A stretch of DNA of 60,582 nucleotides, the filler included, from Stramenopiles sp. TOSAG23-2 (taxonomy: Eukaryota), in assembly GCA_900128395.1 (NCBI GenBank). It is 8 parts of 8 records of this genome, joined end to end, with 100 filler letters (N's around TTAATTAATTAA, not from the genome) between each part and the next. Parts side by side here need not be neighbours in the genome. Positions count along the whole stretch, not along the records: positions 1 to 9,558 come from LT650096.1; positions 9,659 to 19,215 come from LT650097.1; 6 more parts are not named here. One strand, written 5' to 3'. Shown here piece after piece: positions 1 to 10,404 of this stretch. A program made the position numbers and the translations under genes. How positions within the stretch are numbered: position 1 is the stretch's first letter; each line of letters begins with the position of its first letter. Under the pieces are notes generated by a model. The model searched no databases. It was not told the origin of the DNA and worked only from the letters and a program-made list of their open reading frames with translations.

Positions 1-412
1 ATGCTGGAAATAGATATATTATTTTGGATCTTAAAAAGACTGGTAAATAGACATTTTGAACACCTTGGTTTCATTTCTCGTTGATACCTAGGTTAAGTAT
101 ATTTTTTATGTATTGTAAAATAGGGCTTTAATGCTAACAAATAACGAATTTTCAAAAATATGTTGTGTTGTCAGGCAATTTCCTTAACGGAAAACCGATC
201 TAGTAACTGGTGTGAATAGATATTAGTAGAATTAGATATATATATATATATCCATTTTATATGCCTATCAACTAAAATTAATGAAAACAAAAAATAGATT
301 GCATCAAAAGAAAACAGAGAGTAACAGAAATTAAAGAAAAGGCATTTGTAGTCACGTGTGGCAAGAGCATTTTAGCAAAGAAAAGCAGCATTGAGAATAT
401 TTAGTAGAAAAT

Positions 413-727
413 ATGGCTGAGACGAATGAAAATGGAAATAGAAATGATGGTGGTGAGGCAAGAATCTTAAAACAAGGTTTTCCAGTCCCTACTGATATCA
501 TTGGTTTTATTATTGGAAAAAAAGGTGCAAACATATCCAATATCGAAAAAGCAACTGGTGCCAAATTGTCAGTATCGGACAGAAAAGGACCAAAATCATT
601 CAACAGAGATTGGTCATATATCCAATTATCTGGTACTGGCAACCAAGTTGACCGTGCAAAAAAATTACTAATAATTAACATCCAAGAAGCCACTACAAGA
701 GGTAGTGGAAATAATAATAACCAATAA
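413..727 (+). CDS. Small single KH-domain RNA-binding protein
   Basis: Type I KH fold pattern with GxxG loop: FPVPTDIIGFIIGKKGANISNIEKATGAKLSV...IQLSGTGNQVDRAKKLL. Confidence 0.85.
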   Translation: MAETNENGNRNDGGEARILKQGFPVPTDIIGFIIGKKGANISNIEKATGAKLSVSDRKGPKSFNRDWSYIQLSGTGNQVDRAKKLLIINIQEATTRGSGNNNNQ

Positions 728-1425
728 ATGATTAATTCATGTTATCTATTTAAATTTTAATTTTTGATATATCAAGAGATGAATGATACAATAGATATTA
801 TGGAGAGGAAATGCATATATTACAAAACGTCTTCATCAAGTTTAATAAATATTTACAAATATAGTTATATAATAATAATAATAAATAATTTAATAATAAT
901 TAAAAAAAGCAAAAGAAAAGTGTGTAAAAGGCGTCGTGTATCATGATGGTGGTCATATAGTAAGCTGGCCAATCGTTTTAAGAAGAAGATGGTGTAATAA
1001 GTTGTACGAAGTACAAGGTTCGTAATATATGTGTATTTGTATTTATAAAACACGTGCGCACATTAATTTTAAAAGTATATATATATATATATATATTATA
1101 CTTTTGATGAAAACAAAAAGTGTAAAAAAATATTACATCTCATATATCTACGAGTCGTATGATATTATCACACAGATATCATATGCATATGCATATCATA
1201 CCACATATCAAATACTCCACCTCCATATTTAAAAATTCATGTTTTCTCATTTGTAATATTTATATAAAATATCTTACGAATAGTAAAATATATATTTTTA
1301 AAATATTATTTTTTTAAACACACACAGCTGCCACACTACACTATTCTTCCATATACAACAAACGTACCTCGTAAAATTAATTAACAAAATATATTGATAC
1401 CGCTGTCGTAAATAATTTACTATTA

Positions 1426-1739
1426 CTAAAAACTATCTTCCAAAACAGGAATAACAATTAATATTAAGATAAAGACAATAAGTGCTAAGATGATTGTAGT
1501 ACGACGTCTACTATATAAATTTCTAAACCATGCTTGTACACCTTGACACCATCTACTTTTTAACCCGCCATAACATTCAGCGCCTGGGGTTTCTAATTTT
1601 CCAACAGTTTCATTGTTTGGGTGAGAGCGACCTTGTCCAGCTCGTTTTGAATTTGCAAATCCTTTAACATTTTCCCATCACTACTTACTAACATCCTCTC
1701 ACATGCTTTCTTGAAACTGTCCTTCGTTGGATTCGACAT
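1426..1739 (-). pseudogene. Possible small membrane protein, frame-disrupted (errors, unrecognised intron or pseudogene)
   Basis: ATG near 1739 gives MSNPTKDSFKKACERML... which stops after about 48 aa; another frame reads ...SRRRTTIILALIVFILILIVIPVLEDSF* (TM-like). GC is higher than the flanks. Confidence 0.25.
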
Positions 1740-2450
1740 TTAGTATATATGTGTGTGTGTGTGTGTGTGTGTTTGTATATATATACGCGTATATATTTCA
1801 ATACAATTGTTATGATAATTAAAATAAACTAAAATATTTATTTAGACCAATATGTATATGCATAGATGTAAATTATATATTCTCTTTCGTTCTATATATA
1901 ATATAATGTTTTAATATTGATTATCTATTTTATAATACTTTGTGATATATATGTACGTATTATTATATTTATATATAATAATAATAAGCATAAAAGCGAT
2001 ATATTATCCATTCATTATTTTTAATGGTAATCCAATGATAATATATCTGGATCCTTTTAACTGTAACAAGCACTATAATACACAGCATTACTACGTCGCC
2101 GCATCACAGAAATGTGCACTTTAGGAACCTGGAAATTTCATCATCAATTTTGTAACATTTCTTTTTTTGGATTATTCTAGAATTATATACATATTAATAT
2201 ATAGGAAGAAAAATTTATATTCGATTTTGTACTTATTATCGCTCTTCTATTAAGTATTTTAATTTGATGATGATTGATAGAATTGAAAAACAGAATTAGA
2301 AAATTTATTAATAATAAATAGAAACAACTTACAGTAGAATAAATAGAGAAAACATATTTCTGGTATATATATATATATATATACCTGTACATATCCCATT
2401 TGTATTTGTGCTGTATTGTATATAATAGAGAAATAAGTAGATATAAAATC

Positions 2451-2843
2451 ATGATAAAACAACGAGCGGATAATGGAAAGAAAAAAACTGTAGATACAAC
2501 AAAATTAGTACAAGATGCTATGAAAAATGGTTTTATGCATAGTTTTGGTACGTCTGATGAAAAACGAAGAGAAATTATTATTAATGATATTGATACACTT
2601 AGAGAAAAACAAGTTGAATGCTATGAGAAATCATTTTCTCAAGAAATTTTAGTTAGTGATAAAATAGGAAGGTATAATAGAGAACATGGGGATAAAATGA
2701 AAGATCAGTTTGAAAATTTTAAAAATGAAGTCAATAATAATGAAAGAGATAAAAGTATAGTTGCAGCAAAAAAAATCTTAGTCAAAGTGACTGACGAATG
2801 TGAAAAAATTCATGATGAATGGCACTATCCTATACGAGGGTAG
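2451..2843 (+). CDS. Hypothetical helical protein (~130 aa)
   Basis: Clean ORF from ATG 2451 (MIKQRADNG...) with coding-like composition, flanked by (TA)n tracts; no motif recognised. Confidence 0.6.
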   Translation: MIKQRADNGKKKTVDTTKLVQDAMKNGFMHSFGTSDEKRREIIINDIDTLREKQVECYEKSFSQEILVSDKIGRYNREHGDKMKDQFENFKNEVNNNERDKSIVAAKKILVKVTDECEKIHDEWHYPIRG

Positions 2844-2872
2844 TTCAAACAACGTAAAACAAAAAAATATCG

Positions 2873-2904
<32 letters not shown>

Positions 2905-2933
2905 TATATATGTTTGTGTATAAAACACACATT

Positions 2934-5159
2934 TTATCTCATTTTTAACCACTTTTCACTATTGGCAAAATATTCAGCAAATTTTTCATCATCACAACGT
3001 GTACTTTTAATATGCCCAAGTGGGAAATACAAAGAAACAAATTGACCAACCATAGGAAATTCTTCTAATGAATTTGTATTATTATTATCCGCCAATGCTT
3101 CAGGGTGTACAATATTATAAAATTCTTCATTATTACAAATATTCGAAAATTCTTCATCCGTCTCTGTACTAATACTAAAATTACCATTCAAATCTTTTAA
3201 GTTAGACAAAACATCTTTTAAATTGTTTGGATCACATGATATTCTTAAACTGTTAATAGCATTTGTACAATAAAACGGTGTTAATGTTGGTGCTAATTCA
3301 TCAAAAGTTGTATTGGCATTACAACGCAAAACAGTTTCTTGTCCATTTAATGGAGGTCGTTGAAGACCATATAATATGGTACGATCTGGGCCACCTGTAT
3401 TTTTACCATCACCACGATTTGCACCACATGCATCTGTTAAATAATCTTTCACCAATAAGCAAAATCCACTAACTATGTCTGAATTTACATGTTTTAATAT
3501 ATCAGATATGTCATTGTTCTTGTTGTTGTTATTTTTATTTTCTTGATAATATTTTATTAAAAAGTCTGATTCATAATGGCAATTATAAGCTGGTGTTGGG
3601 CTTGGCACTAATACAGGGTAACGCGTATATTTTGCTAAATCTAAACGTACTGGAAATTCACCAAAGACTTCACCTTCCTGTGGTCGTGCTTGGCATGTTA
3701 AAGCTACATTGCCTTCGTGGCCAACCGTATATACTACTTGTCCAGTTTTTTCAAAAAGTTTTCTAGCATAGACCATATCATCATCAATCGTATTCATTGC
3801 TAAACTAATTGGCTGATTTCTAACTAGCCATCCAGCTAAATCATCAATTTCATTATCAGAATTAATATCCTTTGATGTCATATCAACATATGTTTGACGC
3901 CAATGTTCATCAATATTATCTGGTGGAAGGCTTCCCGATACACGATATGCAATATTAGAATGTTTCTCATGCGCATTATAATCTTTAGCCAATTCAAATG
4001 GTGCGGGATGCGTATCATCAAAAACACCAGCAAAAGCACCATTTCGTAATGCATCTTGTGGGCTAGTTATCGTTGGTGCAGAATTAAACATCGAAACCAT
4101 ATCATCCTCCGTCGCGCCACCAACATATGCATGTCGTAAAGCAGTGCATTGTCCTGAATTTTCAATCATACAACTTAATTGAATTGCATCGCTAATTTCT
4201 TCTGTCATTTTTGGTGCTACTAATGTGTTTGGACCACCTGTAGATGATATGACATTACCGTGCAAATCTTTCACTAATGCAGCGATTTCACGATTGCAAG
4301 TTATGTACAATGCACCATCAGGTGATTCTTTGAAAATCCGCTGTTGATCCTCCAAAGAAAAAGCAGCATATGTAACCAATCCTGGATCTACACCATGTTT
4401 TTCCATCAACTCTATCAATAATTTTGCCCATCGATACATGTGCTGTGTCGTATTCCTACGTGATAAAATAACAGCTGGAACACCCAATTCAATATTGCGT
4501 AAACATTTACGTGAAAGATCTAGAAAATTTGAGAAATTTGATACGCAACCAACAAAAGCAGGTGCACGGCATATTTTAACTTTACCATCATTTTCATCTG
4601 CCAATAATAAATCATTCAATCGTCGCTCTACTAAATTAGCTTGAACACTTTCCTCTATCTCTGTTACACCATCTTGCTTGCGAAAATCTACTGCTTGGTT
4701 ACCAATCAATGCAGCTGGAAACGTTTCGAATATTTCTGCCTCAACTTTCCGTATACTTTCACGATAATCATGTTTCGGTTGAAAATTTTTCATATGAGAA
4801 ACAATTTCCTCAACTTCAAGTGAAGAAGCAAGTCTTATCTTGCCATTTTCAGCTTCGAATGCATCTACAGTTGATTCAATTTCTCCATCGACTAATTGTT
4901 TTCCATTAACAATACTAGTGACGGGATCGTCAAACCACGTTTGTGCATCAAATGTATCCAAATATGCAATGGTATCCTCCCGTAGCTTGACACCGTCAGC
5001 GATTGGTAGACCACCAAAACATGATTTATATTCCGTACTTGCAAAATTATATTGACGTATTTGTATGGAAGAAGATGGTAATAATATACTTCGTTTCCAT
5101 ATTTTTCCAACTTTTTTTATATCATGTATACGATTACGATTTAATAATAATAAACTCAT
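2934..5159 (-). CDS. Divergent aldehyde dehydrogenase-superfamily protein with probable mitochondrial targeting peptide
   Basis: ALDH-like motifs in order: VSNF (cf. PWNF), STGGPN (cf. ETGGKN), ENSGQCTA (catalytic Cys). N-terminus is Arg/Lys/Ser-rich and acid-poor (MSLLLLNRNR...IRQYNFAST). Likely ATG at 5159. Confidence 0.75.
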   Translation of the reverse strand: MSLLLLNRNRIHDIKKVGKIWKRSILLPSSSIQIRQYNFASTEYKSCFGGLPIADGVKLREDTIAYLDTFDAQTWFDDPVTSIVNGKQLVDGEIESTVDAFEAENGKIRLASSLEVEEIVSHMKNFQPKHDYRESIRKVEAEIFETFPAALIGNQAVDFRKQDGVTEIEESVQANLVERRLNDLLLADENDGKVKICRAPAFVGCVSNFSNFLDLSRKCLRNIELGVPAVILSRRNTTQHMYRWAKLLIELMEKHGVDPGLVTYAAFSLEDQQRIFKESPDGALYITCNREIAALVKDLHGNVISSTGGPNTLVAPKMTEEISDAIQLSCMIENSGQCTALRHAYVGGATEDDMVSMFNSAPTITSPQDALRNGAFAGVFDDTHPAPFELAKDYNAHEKHSNIAYRVSGSLPPDNIDEHWRQTYVDMTSKDINSDNEIDDLAGWLVRNQPISLAMNTIDDDMVYARKLFEKTGQVVYTVGHEGNVALTCQARPQEGEVFGEFPVRLDLAKYTRYPVLVPSPTPAYNCHYESDFLIKYYQENKNNNNKNNDISDILKHVNSDIVSGFCLLVKDYLTDACGANRGDGKNTGGPDRTILYGLQRPPLNGQETVLRCNANTTFDELAPTLTPFYCTNAINSLRISCDPNNLKDVLSNLKDLNGNFSISTETDEEFSNICNNEEFYNIVHPEALADNNNTNSLEEFPMVGQFVSLYFPLGHIKSTRCDDEKFAEYFANSEKWLKMR

Positions 5160-5650
5160 TGTTGCATATTTATTCGATATATATATTATATATCGAATAT
5201 GACAATAATACATTCACACACACATACACTTCTTTATCATTCCTAAATATTGTTTTAATAATATTAAAAAAAACAAACCGGAGGAGGAGCAGGAAGCAGG
5301 AGTTTAAAATTATACGATCTTCACTTCTCGCTCTGGGTGTGGGATGTGGGATCTCGAGACAAAATTACCACAGGTATATAATATTATACTTAGAAGAATA
5401 CTGTAAGATGATAAAAAACCGTATCAAAAAACAGGGGGATGAAATAAATATTTCTAAGATATTTAAAAATAAATAATAGCAGGTAATTACAATGGTAATA
5501 AACCAAGAATTATACGACTGCAAAAATATATGCCAAACATATATTTTTAAATATGGTACATGTAAATATCACTTCTGCGCATAGAACAAGGAATATAGAA
5601 ACTGAAGAAATGTGATATATAGATACGAAGATATAAACAAGATAAATAAT

Positions 5651-8600
5651 ATGTCGAATCATATTCAATTAAAAGAAGTAAATAATAGTAATGCATCTTC
5701 GACTACTACTACTAATGGAAACAAAAATAATAGCAATCGTAACCAAAGGCAAAGACGTGTTTCATCCATTGTTTTAAATGCTTGTATACGTGACGATACA
5801 AAGGTTTACAGCAACAATACCAGTACAAAAGGTGGTACCTTGTCTATTTTATACTTTCTTATGAAATTAAATAATAACATATTGCATGACCGGTTTTTAT
5901 TTGCCATGAGAATTTTGATTTATCCTGTTACAATGACATATATTATTTTACGATCTACGTTGCCAATGTGGTTTTGTGTTGGAATCAAATATTTATTTAG
6001 TACTGGAGGTGCATTATCATTACCATTATTTATGTATTGGGGTTTTTTCTTCGCGTTGGGTATTACTATGGTATTATTTGCCAAGAATTTACTTGAAGAT
6101 TATGTACAAACTAGATTTTTACATCGTATCGTAAAGCAAATAATAAATACATCAGATGATGATGATTTTGAGTTTGATGGAGAAGAAGATTCATTACAAA
6201 AAGTTAGTTTTGCACTTAAAAAATATATTGAATCATCATATGAACATTATAACAATTTAATATTATCGCTTGGTTGTGTTATTTGCTCTATCGCAGGGAC
6301 ATATTATGCTAGTAGTCTTATAGGTGATATATTATTGGGTGTTTTAGTAATTTTGTATTTAATTCATTTTATTGATGATTTTCATGCATATTATCAATAC
6401 AATACTTTGAAAAATGCAAATAAAACGGTAAGCGCTCATAATCATAGTACGCTAATGGATGATAGTATCAAAACAGATATTCAAGTAGAAGTTGTTTTGA
6501 AATTACGTGAAAAGATTTCCTGCTTATCATCCATATTAAAATCAGTTATCGGTTTTGCATATTTAAGTGGGCCGTTGATATTATTGTTTTTTGGTTTAAA
6601 AGAAATTGAAGAGGCAAGAATTGATACGTTTAAAATGGGAGTCGGGGCGTTTTACTTTCTATTTGCATTTTTATCTGCACATGATGGTCATGTAGCAATG
6701 CGACGTATTCTAAAAAATACTCCATTTTATATCACGTTGAAAGAGTTCAATGATAAGCATAAAAATTGTTTATTAAATTCTCCTGTATTAGAACATGATA
6801 TTGAAGAAGCGGAGGAATTGGGAGGGGGTCATAATCCTGGTGAAAATAATGCCAATACATCGAAGAAGCAAATGGTTAAAATACAATCGGAAAAGCAATT
6901 TAAAAAAGTTGTTACTACTCATTCTCGTTGTGGAGGAATCTGTATTGTGCTTTTAGGGGTGGTCTCTATGATATTGGGTATAACTGCATTAGCAGTTACA
7001 TCTAGTGGTGTTACAGATCTTGGTTGTATGAACGTTACGATTGAATGTAAAATTGCACCGGAAACAAATGGATTGAGAATAGAAATAGTTGAAAAGCAAA
7101 TATTTAGTTGGCAAGGTTGCGTCTTTGAACGTAAACCAAGTGAAATTCTTAATACATGTGGTGTTGAGCTATTAATGGCTGAAACTGGTTATGGTGATAT
7201 AAGCCTTACTAATAAAACGGCAAGAAGTGAGGAAGAAATTATTTTAGAAGGTTCTTCCATTGAAGTTGAAATTGTTGCATCTTACATTGGGTGGAGAGGT
7301 ATAGCAGAAAGTTACTCAACAACAATGTCACGCGATGAGGTGTTGAGTACAAGGGCTGAATTTAATAGTATTTTTCAGGGTGCCAGTGATGATACAGAAG
7401 ATATTGGTAGCGGTGGTAGGCGAAATTTAGCAGCGACAACCAGTGTTGATGGTGATGTGACATTAGTGAAAGATACTAATGATATTCATTTTGTAACTTG
7501 CATAACATGTGATCCGTATTCATATGGTCAATATAATATAACACTTGTAGTGGATTCAAAAAGGTATAGTGGTACTAAAAATACTATTTCAATCCAATTT
7601 CATGGAGGCGATAAATCTACAAAATTCGTTTCCCTCGGTTCAAACTTTGGAGATGGAGAAGAAAGAACATTGCGTTTGAAAGGTTTAATGGATGTTGGAA
7701 AAATTGAAAGAATTTCAATGACAACTTCGGGTCGAGATGCAGTCTTCTTTAAAGACATATTTATTCGCAACGCGCCACCTCATGTGCAAAAAACATTGGC
7801 AGCTGCTGCAAATGATGATAATAGTGATGGAGATTTTACAAATTCAGAGTTGAAAGTTGGCAGCCGAGTGACTGTGTTATCTGGTAAATATGAGCAATGC
7901 ACAGGTAAAATTGAAACATTTTCTTCATCTACTGATAAAGCAAAAGTTTGTAGAGATTGCGCAAAAAAGGCGGTGGGTGGTAACTCTTGTTGTGGATCAA
8001 CAGCAAGATCACAATGTTGGTATTATGCGGATAAAGATTTGGAATTAATTGTACCTGCTAAACCAGAACCAACTGAAGCTGTTAGTGTGGTACATGAAAA
8101 TTATTTTTCCTTTGATTCTTCTTTAAAATGCACGGGCTCCAAACGAGCTGGTACATGGTCTTGTACGGTAACTTTAAATGCGCAAGTGAAGCCAAGTGAA
8201 ACAGCTACATCATCTAATTGCAATGTATGTCCAAAACCGGGCGACTCAGATTATCAAGGGGATGCACCTACCTTAGAATCAAATTTCGATCAGTTAATGT
8301 CGCGACGAAGAGTGCTGAGTAATACGCTCGATACGTTTCCAACAAATACAAATGTATTTATTAATTTTCCAACATCGATGTATGATGGCTGTGTTGGTAT
8401 TGTTATAGGAACAACAACGAAAAAGTACAAAATACAAAAAGATTGCAGTAAAACATCTCGTAAAGGGGTTGAATGCTGCGGGTCATCTGGTACATCTACA
8501 ACTGGATATTATTATCCGGATAATATTGAAGAAATAGATGCTACAAGCAATGTTATTGGTCCATTGAGCTATTCATTTGGTATGCTATGGATAGATAGGT

Positions 8601-9373
8601 CGAAAAGAGGTGTGTTACGTTTTAAATATGTAGCAAGGAAAGATTGTGGTTGTCTTGATAGACACGGTTCATTCACATTGGCGCCGGTAACATCGTTTCC
8701 AAACAAAGAAAAAGATGTTGATATACAGCAATATTCAACCAGGTCTTATCCAAAATATTGCCTTGATCCCCTTCGTAGCAACAAACCATGGTCAACCGAA
8801 GGTTTATCTGCAAGTCAAATTAAGGATCAATGCAATTCCAAGCTTGCTTATGATAGAGGGCATTTGATTCCATCGAATCATTTAGACCATTCCGAAACTC
8901 AAATTAAAGAATCAAATTTCATGATCAACATTTTGCCACAAATGGATAAGATGAATCGAGGCGCATGGCTAGAAACGGAAATGATTATTGAATGTTTACG
9001 AGATAAAGAAGTATTGACTGTTTATGGTGGAGCGGTGTATCCAACCAAAAATAAAGATAATAAATTAAGTGCGAGGGATGACTGGTTCATAAAGACACAT
9101 GGAGTCAAAAACCCGCATTATTTTTGGAGAATTATTGTTGCCGATAAAAATGGGCTTTACAAAGATGATAATGGTGTTATCGCATTTTGGATTCCGAATA
9201 CGAAAGATGCAACAGCAAAGAGAACATCTGAATATGTCATTTCAATAACAGAGTTAGAAAACAAATTAACGTATTATGGAGGATTGGATGAGAAATTTAC
9301 ATCATTCACTACAGCAGAAAAGAATCATGTGAGTTCATATTGGGCTCCATTAAATGGTTGTGATCGTGGGTAA
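5651..9373 (+). CDS. Multi-pass membrane protein with PLAT/LH2 domain, two Cys-rich KOW/SH3-like repeats and C-terminal DNA/RNA non-specific endonuclease (NucA/EndoG family)
   Basis: Intronless 1240-aa ORF with about 7 hydrophobic segments (~5890-7000); PLAT-like YNITLVVDSKRYSGTKNTISIQFHG...DVGKIERI...DAVFFKDIFI; nuclease motifs YDRGHLIP (DRGH 8852-8863), NILPQ...MNRGAW..TE and VKNPHYFWRIIV. Confidence 0.85.
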   Translation: MSNHIQLKEVNNSNASSTTTTNGNKNNSNRNQRQRRVSSIVLNACIRDDTKVYSNNTSTKGGTLSILYFLMKLNNNILHDRFLFAMRILIYPVTMTYIILRSTLPMWFCVGIKYLFSTGGALSLPLFMYWGFFFALGITMVLFAKNLLEDYVQTRFLHRIVKQIINTSDDDDFEFDGEEDSLQKVSFALKKYIESSYEHYNNLILSLGCVICSIAGTYYASSLIGDILLGVLVILYLIHFIDDFHAYYQYNTLKNANKTVSAHNHSTLMDDSIKTDIQVEVVLKLREKISCLSSILKSVIGFAYLSGPLILLFFGLKEIEEARIDTFKMGVGAFYFLFAFLSAHDGHVAMRRILKNTPFYITLKEFNDKHKNCLLNSPVLEHDIEEAEELGGGHNPGENNANTSKKQMVKIQSEKQFKKVVTTHSRCGGICIVLLGVVSMILGITALAVTSSGVTDLGCMNVTIECKIAPETNGLRIEIVEKQIFSWQGCVFERKPSEILNTCGVELLMAETGYGDISLTNKTARSEEEIILEGSSIEVEIVASYIGWRGIAESYSTTMSRDEVLSTRAEFNSIFQGASDDTEDIGSGGRRNLAATTSVDGDVTLVKDTNDIHFVTCITCDPYSYGQYNITLVVDSKRYSGTKNTISIQFHGGDKSTKFVSLGSNFGDGEERTLRLKGLMDVGKIERISMTTSGRDAVFFKDIFIRNAPPHVQKTLAAAANDDNSDGDFTNSELKVGSRVTVLSGKYEQCTGKIETFSSSTDKAKVCRDCAKKAVGGNSCCGSTARSQCWYYADKDLELIVPAKPEPTEAVSVVHENYFSFDSSLKCTGSKRAGTWSCTVTLNAQVKPSETATSSNCNVCPKPGDSDYQGDAPTLESNFDQLMSRRRVLSNTLDTFPTNTNVFINFPTSMYDGCVGIVIGTTTKKYKIQKDCSKTSRKGVECCGSSGTSTTGYYYPDNIEEIDATSNVIGPLSYSFGMLWIDRSKRGVLRFKYVARKDCGCLDRHGSFTLAPVTSFPNKEKDVDIQQYSTRSYPKYCLDPLRSNKPWSTEGLSASQIKDQCNSKLAYDRGHLIPSNHLDHSETQIKESNFMINILPQMDKMNRGAWLETEMIIECLRDKEVLTVYGGAVYPTKNKDNKLSARDDWFIKTHGVKNPHYFWRIIVADKNGLYKDDNGVIAFWIPNTKDATAKRTSEYVISITELENKLTYYGGLDEKFTSFTTAEKNHVSSYWAPLNGCDRG

Positions 9374-9558
9374 AGTTTTAAAATGTACGTATTTATATTA
9401 TTAAATACTTCGTAAGAGAATTTTTTATATATATATGTATGATACCCGTACGACGTACGTACGAGTATATGATAGGCTCGTATGTATGATATTAAAATGT
9501 ATGATACACACAAATAATTTAATTATATTAAACCCTCTTCATCATCATCATCTTCACT

Positions 9559-9658
9559 NNNNNNNNNNNNNNNNNNNNNNNNNNNNNNNNNNNNNNNNNN
9601 NNTTAATTAATTAANNNNNNNNNNNNNNNNNNNNNNNNNNNNNNNNNNNNNNNNNNNN
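9559..9658. other. Artificial contig linker
   Basis: 44 N + TTAATTAATTAA (stop in all six frames) + 44 N. Confidence 0.97.
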
Positions 9659-10404
9659 ATCCAAAATCACACAGAAATTCATAAAATCACTCTTCCAATT
9701 TTCCAAATGGCTTTTGATGGCTTCCAAAACTAATCAACAGGAATTTTGACTAAGTTAAATTTTCAATTATTTCATAGGTAAATATACTTCTTAGTTATAA
9801 ATATATGAAGTATAATGCTATTTGATGCTATCGATTTTACCATGTTATAAGCATTTTGACAATCTACTATGAGACCCTTAAATTGTTTTAAATTTTATAA
9901 ACTAAAAGTAATTACTTATGATATTTCAGGGCAGGGGTCCTTGCCTGGCAGGCGAATGTTGTAATATTAGGCGGCCGGGAGGATATGATAGGTCTAGACG
10001 ACTATACCTGTACAGTAATTCTCTAAATGCTGGTGGTGTGTAGTGTGTAGTTTATTTTTGTACTTTTCCCTTAAAAAAGTATATCAATTAATTATACATA
10101 CACACAGCACTGATGGATTGTAGTGATATGATTAGAATTATTTAGATCTATATATGTATATTATCTGGCAATTATTATAATTATTATTTTTTGAATTTTA
10201 AAACAAATTAAATTAAAATAAAATTGAACAACAAGGATAAGTCAGCCACACGAAATATAAATAGACGGGAAGAACACGGAAAAATAGACAACAGAAAAAT
10301 CAAATCCATATTCGAACCTATTGAAACATATAACCAACAAAGATTACAACCGTGCGATCATTGATATATATCTATTTTTTCTCTTTTCTCTTTTAAAATA
10401 AACA

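Noticed and set aside
9603-9614. TTAATTAATTAA inside N runs (7 times) as a biological repeat
   Set aside because: Identical 100-bp construct each time; a synthetic six-frame-stop contig linker
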